Assembly: GCF_009914755.1 (NCBI RefSeq)
Contig: NC_060947.1
DNA length: 64,000 nt
Direction: 5' to 3' (one strand)
DNA from: the human T2T-CHM13v2.0 reference genome, Homo sapiens
Positions 29,381 through 42,410 of this stretch are shown one piece after another. The position numbers were made by a program, and so were the translations under genes. The notes beneath the pieces were generated by a model that made no database searches, was not told the origin of the DNA, and worked only from the letters and a program-made list of their open reading frames with translations. Numbering within the stretch: position 1 is the first letter of the stretch; the number at the start of each line of letters is the position of its first letter.

Positions 29381-32303
29381 CATGATAGCTCATTTTATAT
29401 ATCAACTTGACTGGAACACAGGATGTGCAGATATCTGGTTAAACATTATTTCTGAGTGTGTCTATGTGTTTATGAAAAAGATTACCGTTTGAATCAATAG
29501 ACTGAGTAAAGCCCATTTCCCTCCCCAATGTTGGGTGGGCCTCATCCAATCCATTGAGGACCTAAATAGAACAAAACGGTTCAAAAGGATTCTCTTTCTT
29601 TCTGCCTGACTGCTTGAGCTAGGACACTGATCTTCTCCTGCCTTCAGTGTTCTTGATTCTTGGGCTTTCAGACTTGGACTGGAACCTACACCATTGGCTC
29701 TCTGGCTTTTCAACCTTTGAACTATACCACTGGCTTTCCTTGGACTCTAGCTTGCAGACAGCACAATCCTGTAAACTGATACCTTATAATAAATCTCTGG
29801 ATATGTATGCATATACATGTACACAGACATACACATATAAAGTAAGAACAAATAGGAGGTTATAGACGCATGTGTGTATACATATATATATTATATTATA
29901 TAATATATAATATATTATTATATATTATATTATATTATATTATATTATATATTATTTATATATTATATTATATAATATATAATATATTATTTATATATTA
30001 TATTATATAATATATTATATATTATTTATATATTATATTATATAATATATATAATATATAACATATTATTTATATATTATATTATATACATTATATGTTA
30101 CATATAATATATGTTATATATAATATATTATACGTTACATATAATATATGTTATATATAATATATTATACATTACATATATATGTTATATATAATATATT
30201 ATACATTACATATAATATATGTTATATATAATATATTATATGTTACATATAATATATGTTATATATAATATATTATATGTTATATATAATATATCTTATA
30301 TATAATATATTATATGTTATATATAATATATGTTATATATAATATATTATGTTATATATAATATATTATATGTTATATATAATATATTGTATGTTATATA
30401 TAATATATGATATATAATATATGTAATATATATAATATTGAATATGTAATATATTATATATGCAATATATAATATATTATATATAATATATATTATATAT
30501 GTTATATAATTTATTATACACAATATATTATATATAATAATAATATATTAAATATATTATATATCATATAATATTATACATATATTAATATAATATGTAT
30601 GATATATTATATATCATACATATTATATTAATATATGTATAATATTATATGATATATAATATATTTAATATATATATTAAATATATTATATATGATATAT
30701 AATATATTATACATAATATATTATATATTATATTAATATATTAAATATGTTATATATAACATAATATTATACATATATTATAAAATATATATTATATATT
30801 ATATGTAATATATAATATATAATATATTATATATATCATATAATATATAATATATTATATATATCATATAATATATAATGTATAATATATATCATATAAT
30901 ATATAATATATAAATATATAATGTAATATATAATATATAAATATATAATATATAATTTATATATAATTTATATATAATATATAATATATTATTTATATAT
31001 AATTTATATATAATGTATAATATATAATATATAATATATTAGTATCGTATACATTTATATTATATAAATATATATTATATATTATATATAATATATATTA
31101 TATATAATATATGTAATACATGTTATATTATATATTATATATTTATAATATATATAATATATAACATAATATATAATAATATATTATATATTATATACAT
31201 ATTATGTAATATATAATATATAACATAATATATAATAATATATATTATATACATATTATATAATATATAATATATATCATATATCATATATCATATATAT
31301 TATATTATATAATATATATTATATAATATATATCATATAATATATATTATATAATATATATCATATAATATATATTATATAATATATATCATATATTATA
31401 TAATATAATATGTATTATATAATATATATATAATATATATTATATAATATATATTATATATATATTATATTATATATATAGTATATATATAATATATATA
31501 TTATATTATATATATATTATATTATATATATAGTATATATATAATATATATATAATATAATATATATATAATATATAAAAATAATATATATTTATCATTA
31601 TATATTATATAATATAATATATTATATAATATATTATATAATATACTATATAATAATATAGTATATTATATAATATAATATATTATATAATATATAATGA
31701 TAAATATATATTATTTTTATATATTATATAATATATCATATTATATAATATATAATGATAAATATATATTATTTTTATATATTAATAATATATAATATAA
31801 TATAATATTATTACATTATATTATTACATTACATTTATTGTTACATGTATACATTAGACATAATTACATTATATATTACTATATATACTATATATAATGT
31901 ATATGTAATATGTAATATATAATATGTAATATATGTATTATAATATATAATTTATAATATATGTATTATTGTATATAATATAAATGTATGTGTATAATAT
32001 ATTATATATTATATATATTACATATAATATATATAATATATTATATATTATATATTACATATAATATATATAATATAGTATACAATATATAATAAATAAT
32101 ATATAATATATATTATATATTCTATTATGTATTATATATTCTATTATATATTATATATTATATATTATATATTATATTATATATTATATAAATTATATAA
32201 TAATATATATATTTATTATATATAATATATAATATATAATATATGTAATATATATATATATTTCTCCTATTGTTTTTTTCTCTGGAGAACTCTGACCAAT
32301 ACA
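29381..32303 (+). mobile_element. MLT2 (ERVL) solo LTR inflated by a giant AT-rich insert
   Basis: 5' 'tcaacttgactgg...aaacattatttctgagtgtgtct', AATAAA at ~29788, 3' end 'ctggagaactctgaccaataca' at 32303; TSD ttccc / tcccc. Confidence 0.88.
29878..32262. repeat. ~2.4-kb (TA)n-derived AT-rich low-complexity/minisatellite island
   Basis: Almost exclusively A/T with TATAA/TATAT units, an internal 37-bp tandem array and long palindromes. Confidence 0.98.
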
Positions 32304-33589
32304 TCCCCTCCATCTTTTGCATCCTCTTGTACCCTACTAGTGGTTCCACCTTCTACATCCCTTCCATTCACATTTCCTACAATGGCAGCAGTTCCTAGGA
32401 GCTACAAGCCTCAGGATCAGTTACTGACTGACCAAGTATTTTATCTAGATTTTTAATCGTTCCTTTTGTAACCATGTTTGTCGTATTTACATGAGTGGAC
32501 CCAAAGCAGGCACTTATGGGCATTTTTTTTTTTTACAAGAAGATGGAATTATTTCCCACTTATTCTGCCTATAGAAGCAGATGGGAAACATTCATGGGCA
32601 CTTGGATGATCACCTCAGCAGGGTCAGCTGGCAGCCCAGCAGTTGGCAAACGGGTCTTCAAGCATAAGGGGTCTGCCCTGGCATTCTGAGTTTTCATACC
32701 ATTAGCCCCTGGCTCCAGGCTCATCTTTGCATTATGCAACCCCATTGTCTGTCTGCATTCAATCCTGAGAATTTCCTTGCAGTAGTCCTCCAGCTTTGTG
32801 GATCTGGAAGACCGAAAGAAACCCAGATAGCAGAAGTGAAGTAACTTGCCCAAGGTCTCCCAGCCACTCAGGTGCCTTAAAACTCTCAGGTGCTTCTCCT
32901 TCTAGGAGTTATTCATAACATGTAAGCAGTACTCAGTGGTTAAAAGTGAGCACTCTGACAGACCGCGGTTAAAATCCCAGCACTACTGCTCATTATCTGG
33001 TTAATCTCAGGCAGAGTACTGACTTCTCTTCCGTAAAATGGGAAGAATGGTTGCCTCTACCTCGTAGGGTTATGAGAATTCCAATTAGTCAGGGCCTGAG
33101 TCATAGTGTGTTTGTATGTGTAACCTGAAAGATCTTGAGCCTTCCTACCCTATGGATAAAAGAGAGGCCACAAGGCCACATTACACTGACCTGTTACCCC
33201 CAGACCTCTAACATCCACCCCACCCTGTGCCAGATGGCCTAGAGGGTCACTCCAAGTCTACCTACATTTGTCCCTGCTGGCCTCCTCAGTGAAGCTTGCA
33301 TGTGAGAGGGCTGTCAGTTCAGGTGCCAGCTCCCAGGTAAGAATGGCACTGTCATTCCTTTACTTCTCACTGCCCACATCAGATTCTGTCCTTCTCAGAA
33401 AAAGGGATAATTATACCCGACTTCTACCAGGGGCCTGGATCTCATCTGTGCAGCCAGGTCAGGCAGCTACAAGCAGTTCTGCTAATACGTATATTCCCTG
33501 CCGTACCTCAACTTTGCTGAGGGACCCCTCAGTGCCAGACCCTGTGTAAAGCATGCAGCACTGAGTTCTTTGCTGTTCTTATACCTGCC

Positions 33590-33945
33590 AGCATGTTTCT
33601 GCCCTAGAGCCTTTGCACTTGCAGTTTCCTCTTCCTGGAATGCTCTTTCCCCAGACTTTCACATGGCTTGATCCTTCCCGTGCTTCAGATCATCTTTTCA
33701 GTAAAGGCTTCCTTTTCCCTGACTACTCTATTTAAAAGTGTTATCACTCATCACCACCACAATACTCTAGCCTTCTCCCATAAATATGTAGTATTTATCA
33801 CTACATAATATGTGTATTTTGCTTATTTATCTTGTTTATCTGTGTCTATGAAAGTTAAGAGTTTTGTCTGCTTTGCTCTCTGTCATATTCTCAAAATGTA
33901 GCACCATGCCTGGTACATAGTAGGCACTCAATAAATGTTTTCTTA
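33590..33945 (+). mobile_element. L2a 3' end
   Basis: 'gcctttgcacttgcagtttcctcttcctggaatgctctt...atgcctggtacatagtaggcactcaataaat'. Confidence 0.88.
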
Positions 33946-35744
33946 GTAAGTGAAAGACCCCATGAGGTAGATGCTATTTATGATCCCCATTTCATAGACA
34001 GAGGCACAGAGAATTAAGCTAACTTGCCTTACACCACACAGTTAAGATCCAAACACAAAATGTCCTGATTTGAGAGTTCTAACACAAAACAACTACCCTG
34101 TGCTTCTTTTGGACACAGAGGCTTCTTGGCAAGCCAAAAGTAAATCCTCCAATCAGACCTGGCTGTGGAACTGGAAGCTTCCCTAACTGTTCACCTGGTC
34201 CTACCTTCCAACTCTGGGGAAGCAAAGGGAGTGTCACAGTCAGGGGAAAGTGCCCCCAGAATCTTGGACTGTAAAAGCCAGGGTTCAGAGTGGCTTGGCT
34301 TCTGAGCTGGGGACATGTGAGTGGGTAGCTCCAACCCTGCCTATCTAGCACCCCATGGGCCCTTCAGACAGACATCTCCCAGAGACAAAGAGAAGGCTCA
34401 AATTTGAGTCCTATTTTGTCTCTTACTCCCATTGAATAGAGCTAGCACTGCGTTGATACTGAGATTTGCTTAACTCTGTGCCCTGCCATCCAAAATTCTG
34501 GCCACCTTCAGCAGCCTCTGGAGCATGCACACTGCCTGCAGTCTCTAGGGCTTTGGCTTCTGGCTCACAGTCTTTCTGCCCTTGGCTTTTGCCAAAATCT
34601 TTGGGGACTTCTGTGTGTCTTTGTGATTTCCCTACAAACACTTGGGCTTCTGAATTCCTTGACTTTCTTCTCACTTTCATTGACAGTTACCTTCCCCTCA
34701 TTTCAACTATGCCACCACATGAAAGTTTTCTCAGAACTGCTCTCACCACCTCCGTGATTCCAAACTCCGAAATTTCTCCCCGGTCATTCATGATCCTCTC
34801 TTGTATTCCCATCTCTGCTACTGAAGCTACTCTTGGTGCACATCCCTTCCACTTCCTCACCTACCCTGCTTCCCCCCGGCCCCTGATTCTTCTAGACAGT
34901 GGATCAAACTTCTCCTGGCTTCAGCCATTTCAGCCCCACTGGCCAGGATTCTAGAAACGCTTCTGTCTTAACTTCCAATGGGACAACGCTGCTTATTCAA
35001 ACTCCACCGAACAGCCAGTATCCAAGTTCCACTCTCCTATTGATATTTGCAGGCTGTGGAGTATTGTCAATGAAAGTCTTGACATGCTAGCGTCTTGGGG
35101 GTGTGGGTGTCCCTTGTCACCCAAGCTGCCTGGATGCATCTCTGCCCCTTGTGCAACTGCCCTTCTCTTTCCCTCCTGTGGATCCTGCAGCCCTCTTCCA
35201 CATGACTCCCACTGTTTACCATTTGCAAACCACCGCACTGGAAAATAGTAGGTAGGTGGAAAGCCACATGCTTAAAACACATAGAAACACTTGGGCTTCA
35301 ACAGGTCACAGAGGAAGGAAATGTAGGCTAGTCTAATTAATAAATGGGTGTTTTCTCAATAAACTCAAAAAAGAAGCGTTCTGAAAATGAACTGTATTGC
35401 AATCTTTTGGAGGGAGTGGGGGCATGTGAATAGGAAATGAGCGAGGTTATTTTTCTGGATCTAGGTTTTTGTGAGGGAATATGCTCGAATGGCATTCTGG
35501 AATTTCTCTCTCAGAATGATGCAAGTTGGTAGCAACATCCCCAATTATCATTTTTCAAGGTCCATCAATTGCTGGTACAACAAAGCACCTATTAAACCAT
35601 TAACATTTTATGTTCAAATGAAATGAGAAAATGTACCTTGCAATATATCCATATGTCATAAAAAGAGTTGTAATTTTTTTCAGCTGCTTTTTTCAGTCGG
35701 TGAGCAACTCATCTCCACTTCATTATTTCTTTCCACTTTTCTTC

Positions 35745-36200
35745 CCATATTCACTCTTGTTTCCCTACAGTCCATTCTCCACACGGTAGCCAGAAGAATC
35801 TTCAAAAGCATAAACCAGGGCAAGTCTGCCCCTTGTTCTCAATCTAGCAGCTTCTAGCTGTGCTTAAAATAAAATCCAAAGTTTTACCGTGGCCTAGAGG
35901 GCCCTACAGGCCCTGGTCTCTGTCCTCCTCTCCTACCTCATCCCCTCCTGTTCTCTTAGTCATTCAGTATGATCCGTCCTCATAATGGCCATCATTATCT
36001 CATACCTCGCTGGCTGCAGTAGCTTCTTCACTGGTCTCCTTGCTTCCACTCTTGCTCCCTGCAGTCCATTCCCCACTCAGCAGACAGAATGAGCTTTTGA
36101 AAACATAAATCAGATCATTTAAACTTTCAACCCTTTAACAGTTTCTCTTTATAACTAGAAAGAAATCCGAACTCTTTGGTATGCAAGGCATACCATGATC
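35745..36200 (+). mobile_element. Two adjacent L2 fragments
   Basis: Two diverged 'cagtccattc(t/c)ccac...aaa(g/a)cataaa' L2 segments. Confidence 0.65.
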
Positions 36201-37546
36201 CATAACTGCCCTTCTATTCTCCTAAGCTATCAATCTTCCCCTAGTGGGTAGATTTTTTAAATTACAAGAGAAGAAACCAGTTTAAGGAGTTTGGGAAGCC
36301 ATTGAATCCTTTATTTAGCAAACATATCTTATGTTCCATCTACTTGCCATTATGGGGATCCAAAGTTGAAGCAAGTAATATCTTCCCTCAAGGCTTTTGC
36401 AGTCTAAGTTACCCCAACATAGATGAGGAGGGCCATGCCTCATTGTAAAGGTGGCAAAGTTTTTAGGTGACAGTGCAGACTCTTTGGCAGTCCTGGTACC
36501 TGACTTCACATTCCCATTGAAATGTGGAACCTTTCACTTTAAAAATATGTGCATAATTGTGCATTCAGTTTTCTCTGGAGATGATATTGTTCTAGAATCA
36601 CACAGCCCCTTAATAGAATCTATGTAGTGCTAAATTAATTTCACAAACCTTTTTGCTCAATATTCTCTCATGGGCTCAGGCCAGCACTCTTGACATTTAT
36701 CTACCAATGCTCTCTTTGTCCAAGGAAACAAACTTAACAATGGCTCTGAAATAGCTACTCTTATTCAAGTATTTACCAAAAGCAGACTTTTCTTTTTTAA
36801 TCTAGTGACTCATGATTGTAAGATTATCTTTTCACACTGTATTGCAGTGGTTCTGAATACGCTGGTGACAGGGTTGGTGAATCAGAATGACCTTTGGACA
36901 TTTGGAAAAATAACATGCCTTGGGAACATTTTACATTAAAGGTGTATGCCCCTTCCCAGCAGCACCACCTCCAGTTGAGTATCACAACTTTGTTCCTATA
37001 CGTTTTTCTCTATTTTTCCTTTAAAATAATCCGTGAAAAACCATGGTTATGTATCTAGACCATCAGCTGCTTTCACCCCCTCACATATTTTCAGCATATG
37101 CTAAATCTTGGTCATTACTTATGCATGTGGTTCATAGAGGCAACTTTGAAGGGGAGGGATACAGGGAGTCATGAGAGTCTTTAAGCCAAGACATCTGAAG
37201 TCAGTGCAACTCAAAGCACCACATATGACCCAATAGAGACCACAGGCAAGAACATGAATTCTCTGCCTTCACGAGCTCTCAATTTAATAGTTCAAAATCC
37301 GACTTTGCTCCTAATTTGCTCTATGACCTTGAGCAAGTCTGTTGCTATGCTTGTACTTCTGTTTCCTCATCTGTCGAGTGTGAGGACTTAGACACCTGGA
37401 CTCTCAGGCCCTTTGCACTTCTACTGTAGTGAGACAATGATTCCGTGAAACTTTACCTCTTCATCTTGCATCATGGAACTTCCTTGGCCTACTCAGTAGC
37501 AGAAAAAACAAAAAACAAAAAACTACACTGACAACCTCGTTCCCTA

Positions 37547-37700
<154 letters not shown>

Positions 37701-37907
37701 TTATGTGTTGTTGAATATGATTATTAATAATCATAATAACCTTTCTAGGCTTTCATTTTTTGTTCAACTGGGAATTACCTTTATGATGCATTATACTGTA
37801 TATAAACTTTCCCCTAGGAATTTTGGTAACATGTCTTAGTCCATCCTTCAAGTACATATGAATTCCCTGAAATAATGAAGAAGCTGCTGTTAGAAATATG
37901 TGGATGA

Positions 37908-38785
37908 GCATCATACTATCTAGTTTGAAAATCTACTAAAAGCTACAGTAATCAAAACAGCATGGTATTGGCATAAAAACAGACACATGTACAGATGGGA
38001 AAGAATAGAGAGCCCAGTAATAAATCTACATACTTATAGTCACTTGATTGTTGACAAAGACATGAAGAACATACAGTGAATGAAACAAGAACACAAAGAG
38101 AGTGTGGACTCTTCAATAAATCGTGCTGGGAAACTGGATATCCACATTTAGAAGAATCATATCACATCATATATAAAATCAAATCAAAATGGATTAAAGA
38201 CTTAACATAAGATTTGAAACTGTAAAACTACTAGAAGAAAACATAGGGGAAAATCTCCTCGATGATGGTCTGGGTAATTGATATACAATGGAATACTAAT
38301 CAGCCTTAAAAAAAGAAACAAGTACTGTCATATGCAACAACATGGAGGAAACTGGAGGACATTACGTTAGGTTGAATAAGCCAGACACAGAAATACAAAT
38401 GCCACGTGATCTCCCTTATACATGGAATGTAAAAATGTTGAACTCATAGAAACAGAGAGCAAAATGGTGGCTGCCAGACGCTGGGATGGGGGTGGTGGGA
38501 AGTGGAGAGATGCTGGTCAAAGGACATAAAATTTCAGTTAGGAGGAATAAGTTCAGAAAATCTATTGTATATCATGGTGACTACATTTGATGACAATATA
38601 TTGTATATTTAAAAACTGCTAAAAGAGTACTTTTTAAGTGTTCTCACCATAAAATAAAAATAAGTATGTGAGGTAATGCATATGTTAAGTAGTTTAATGT
38701 AGTCATTCTGCAACATATACATATATCGAAAACATCATCTTGTACACTGTAAATATATACAATTTTTACCTGTCAATAAAAAATA
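37908..38785 (+). mobile_element. L1MA (~MA8/9) 3' portion with an internal deletion near 38280
   Basis: 'aagctacagtaatcaaaacagcatggtattggcataaaaacagacac' and an L1MA 3'UTR 'aataagtatgtgaggtaatgcatatgttaa...caataaaaaa'. Confidence 0.9.
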
Positions 38786-39711
38786 TGTATATGAGTGACT
38801 GTGAACACAGCCTCCTTTTCTGGTTCTCCACTTGAGGGGGGTTGGCTGTGTCTGTACTCTTTTATCACCACTGAAACCCCCATCTTGGTGCCCCTGCTGA
38901 TTCTTTGTTTGTGGATTGAGTAGCTAAATAATATAGTGTCTTTAAAATACCTGGGAAATTTTCCTGGCACATAGTAGTTCTTTTGGATAATTGAGACATT
39001 CATCTACAGTGCTCCCTTTGCACACCTGCTTTGAGACAATCAAATAATATAGGGCTGAGAAATTTATAAGAGAAAAAATGAGAGGAAAAAGGGAGAAAAT
39101 ATGTAGGAATAAGTAAAAGCCTGAGGGTCACCCCATTACTCCTCACCAAAAACACACACACACACACCCACACAAACAAGAGATGAAATGATAGCTTTTA
39201 TTATGCAAACAAGAGGGGTCTTATTATTTTACCTTACTTACTTTAAAGAAGATAAACTCATGACTAAGGAATAAAACAAGGTTTCTAACATGAAAATTGT
39301 CTGACAGAAGCAATGAATGTATGTCTCATACAGGCCTTCAAAGGGATGGTGTCTTATTTTTATATTTACCATTTTGCATATTTTTTTCTAAAGAATTTTG
39401 GATCATTTCTTACTATCTACTCCCAAACAACCCCTGAAGTCAACATAACAAACTTTGATTGAGTTTCCAGGTCAAAGAATGCAGTGAGTGGAGGCCTGCC
39501 AGATGGGTCTTCCCAGAGGGCTGTGAGGTGCCCAGTAGCTGGATGGGTCCCTCCTCTCTTCCTTACCCTGGCCACTATTCAAAAGCAGAGCTATTGTTTT
39601 TAAGCAGTTGTTCAAAACAATAATTGAAATTATGGCTCCAGAGGTATTAAATAATTTGGGTGCCTCTGATAGAAACATGGAAAACTTCCATTGGAAAAGT
39701 AGATTAAACTT

Positions 39712-40557
<846 letters not shown>

Positions 40558-40942
40558 AAGTTCATGAGCCTTACTCACGTTCTGTAAAAAAAAAGAAATG
40601 CTAACTAGTGACACCTCAATAAGAAGTCAAAAAGATTCAGTAATAAGTGCTTTAGCTATTTCAATATTATTGGGGTGGTGGCTAACAACCTGGACTTCAG
40701 AGTGAGATAGTCTTTGGTTCTGGGACCAGCCCTGACACTTAATAGCTGTTTGAGTTTAGGTAAGTCACTGTATTTCTCTGAACCTCTGTTTTCCCACCTT
40801 TGATGCCATTTTCCATGGCTGTGTTTCTGTTGCCATTTAACAACTGAAGACATGACGTTAGGGAGAATTTGACTTTCTTACACAGACAAACAGGTTCTAA
40901 CAGGGGTTAATCCACATACTGAATCCTCCAGGCCAGGCTTTC

Positions 40943-41115
40943 TTTTTTTTTTTTTTTTTTTTGAGAAAGCCAGCTGACTTTATTGCTTTGGGGGCAGGGG
41001 GCTCAGGAGCTCTTGGTGGGGTGGGTCCGCTTCCTCTTCACCATCACAGGCTTCTGGCTGCTCAGGATGGCGCTGGCCCGGCTCCTTTCGCAGAGGCAAC
41101 CTGAGATGGAAAGAG
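40943..41115 (-). pseudogene. RPL28: Processed pseudogene of ribosomal protein L28 (eL28), internally deleted
   Basis: Minus strand reads CTCTTTCC(A)TCTCAGG (TOP 5'UTR), then codons for [25 protein letters not shown]-stop (RPL28 C-terminus recalled as [25 protein letters not shown]), AATAAA and a 20-nt poly(A). Perfect 14-bp TSD caggccaggctttc at 40929-40942 and 41116-41129. Confidence 0.93.
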
Positions 41116-41859
41116 CAGGCCAGGCTTTCAATGGGAAAAAGTTTTCATAAAATGAATTTCTGGGCCACTTTTGTTTTAGAGAAAGTAGGAATGGTGAGGA
41201 TTGGAATCGGCGTATACACATTTCTCAGTTTTTAGACTTCTAGAATCTAGCCTGGTGTTTGCTGGCTGCACTTGCTCTGTATTCTGTTGTCCAAAGGCAA
41301 ATAAATAAATAAATCATCAAATGTTAGCAACGAGAAGTGGCTTGTCAAAGTCACAGACCCTACTAGTGTCAGAGTCAAGAACAGAATTCAAGTTCTCTGA
41401 CCCTCTATGCTCTGCAACTATATCATCTTGCTCTTCCTGGAATTTCTCCTGATTTTCTGTGAGGCCCCTAGAAAATAATTTCCACACATGGTTTCTTTCT
41501 TTGTTTTGCCCAAAGCCTGCATCGTTTAACTTGATTACATCTTGTCTTGCTGATAGAAAGTAATTTCAGCAAGTGCTTAGCTGTAATAGTTACCTCCCCA
41601 GTGTGAAGAGGTCTCTGTTCTCTGAGAGAGCAGAGACCAATTTCTAGCACTTACTCACAAATTCCACAATGCAATTCATCTCCATGATTTTTTTGCTCCC
41701 TGCTTGCCCCGAGACATAGAAGTGGCTCACATGCACTTTTTGTTGAAAAGTAAAAGCAGGGTAAAAAAAGATGTAGTGAAAAATATACTCCTATGGATTT
41801 TTTTAAAAAATGAAAATTGAACTTAGTGGATTTCTTGGGAAACCAGTGTTGCTCCTCCT

Positions 41860-42160
41860 GACAAAATCCCCCTCATCTTTCAAGACCCAGCTTAGCTGAC
41901 ACTTCATCTAGGACTCATTCTCTGTTCCACCCCAGGCAGAGTTTCTCTTTCTTCCTCCTCTGTGTTCCCATTGCATTTTGACTAGAACTCTTCTTTGCTA
42001 TTTATCACAAGTTGCCTTGTATTGAACTTATTCTCCCCAGCACAGAGGCAGTACACTCTCAGAGAACAGAGACCAATTTTTACTTATCTTTGCATCGTCC
42101 ATCCCTACTACCATGCCTGGCAAAGAAGAGGCACTCAATCACTGTTTGCTGAGTTGAATC
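41860..42160 (+). mobile_element. L2 3' end
   Basis: 'ctcatctttcaagacccagctt...catgcctggcaaagaagaggcactcaat...gtttgctgagttgaa'. Confidence 0.75.
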
Positions 42161-42410
42161 TAAAATCAACTTTTTAAAATTTACTTTGAAATTTGTTGTA
42201 GCATACTTTAAAGTTGCTTTGACAATGAATAAAACTGTTTACATTTATGGAGTTAAATCAGGGGTGGGTTGAGGGTGGGGGTGGGAATGATGAATTTTCC
42301 TGTTACAGATTTTAACCAGAATCTCACATGGAAAAACTGGGTTTGTGAATGGACTTCTGGGTTTTAGTCTCCTCTTCTTTGCAGTCCCTATCAAGGGAGT
42401 ACATATGTTG

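Noticed and set aside
29878-32262. CRISPR-like or encoded repeat-spacer array
   Set aside because: No constant repeat with unique spacers; it is a degenerate TA-derived satellite in eukaryotic DNA.
34466-34954. 162-aa ORF in pyrimidine-rich sequence
   Set aside because: Non-ATG start, S/P/L-biased low-information composition, no recognisable domain or exon context.
35745-36200. Apparent tandem duplication
   Set aside because: The two units are highly diverged and explained by two L2 fragments from the same consensus region.
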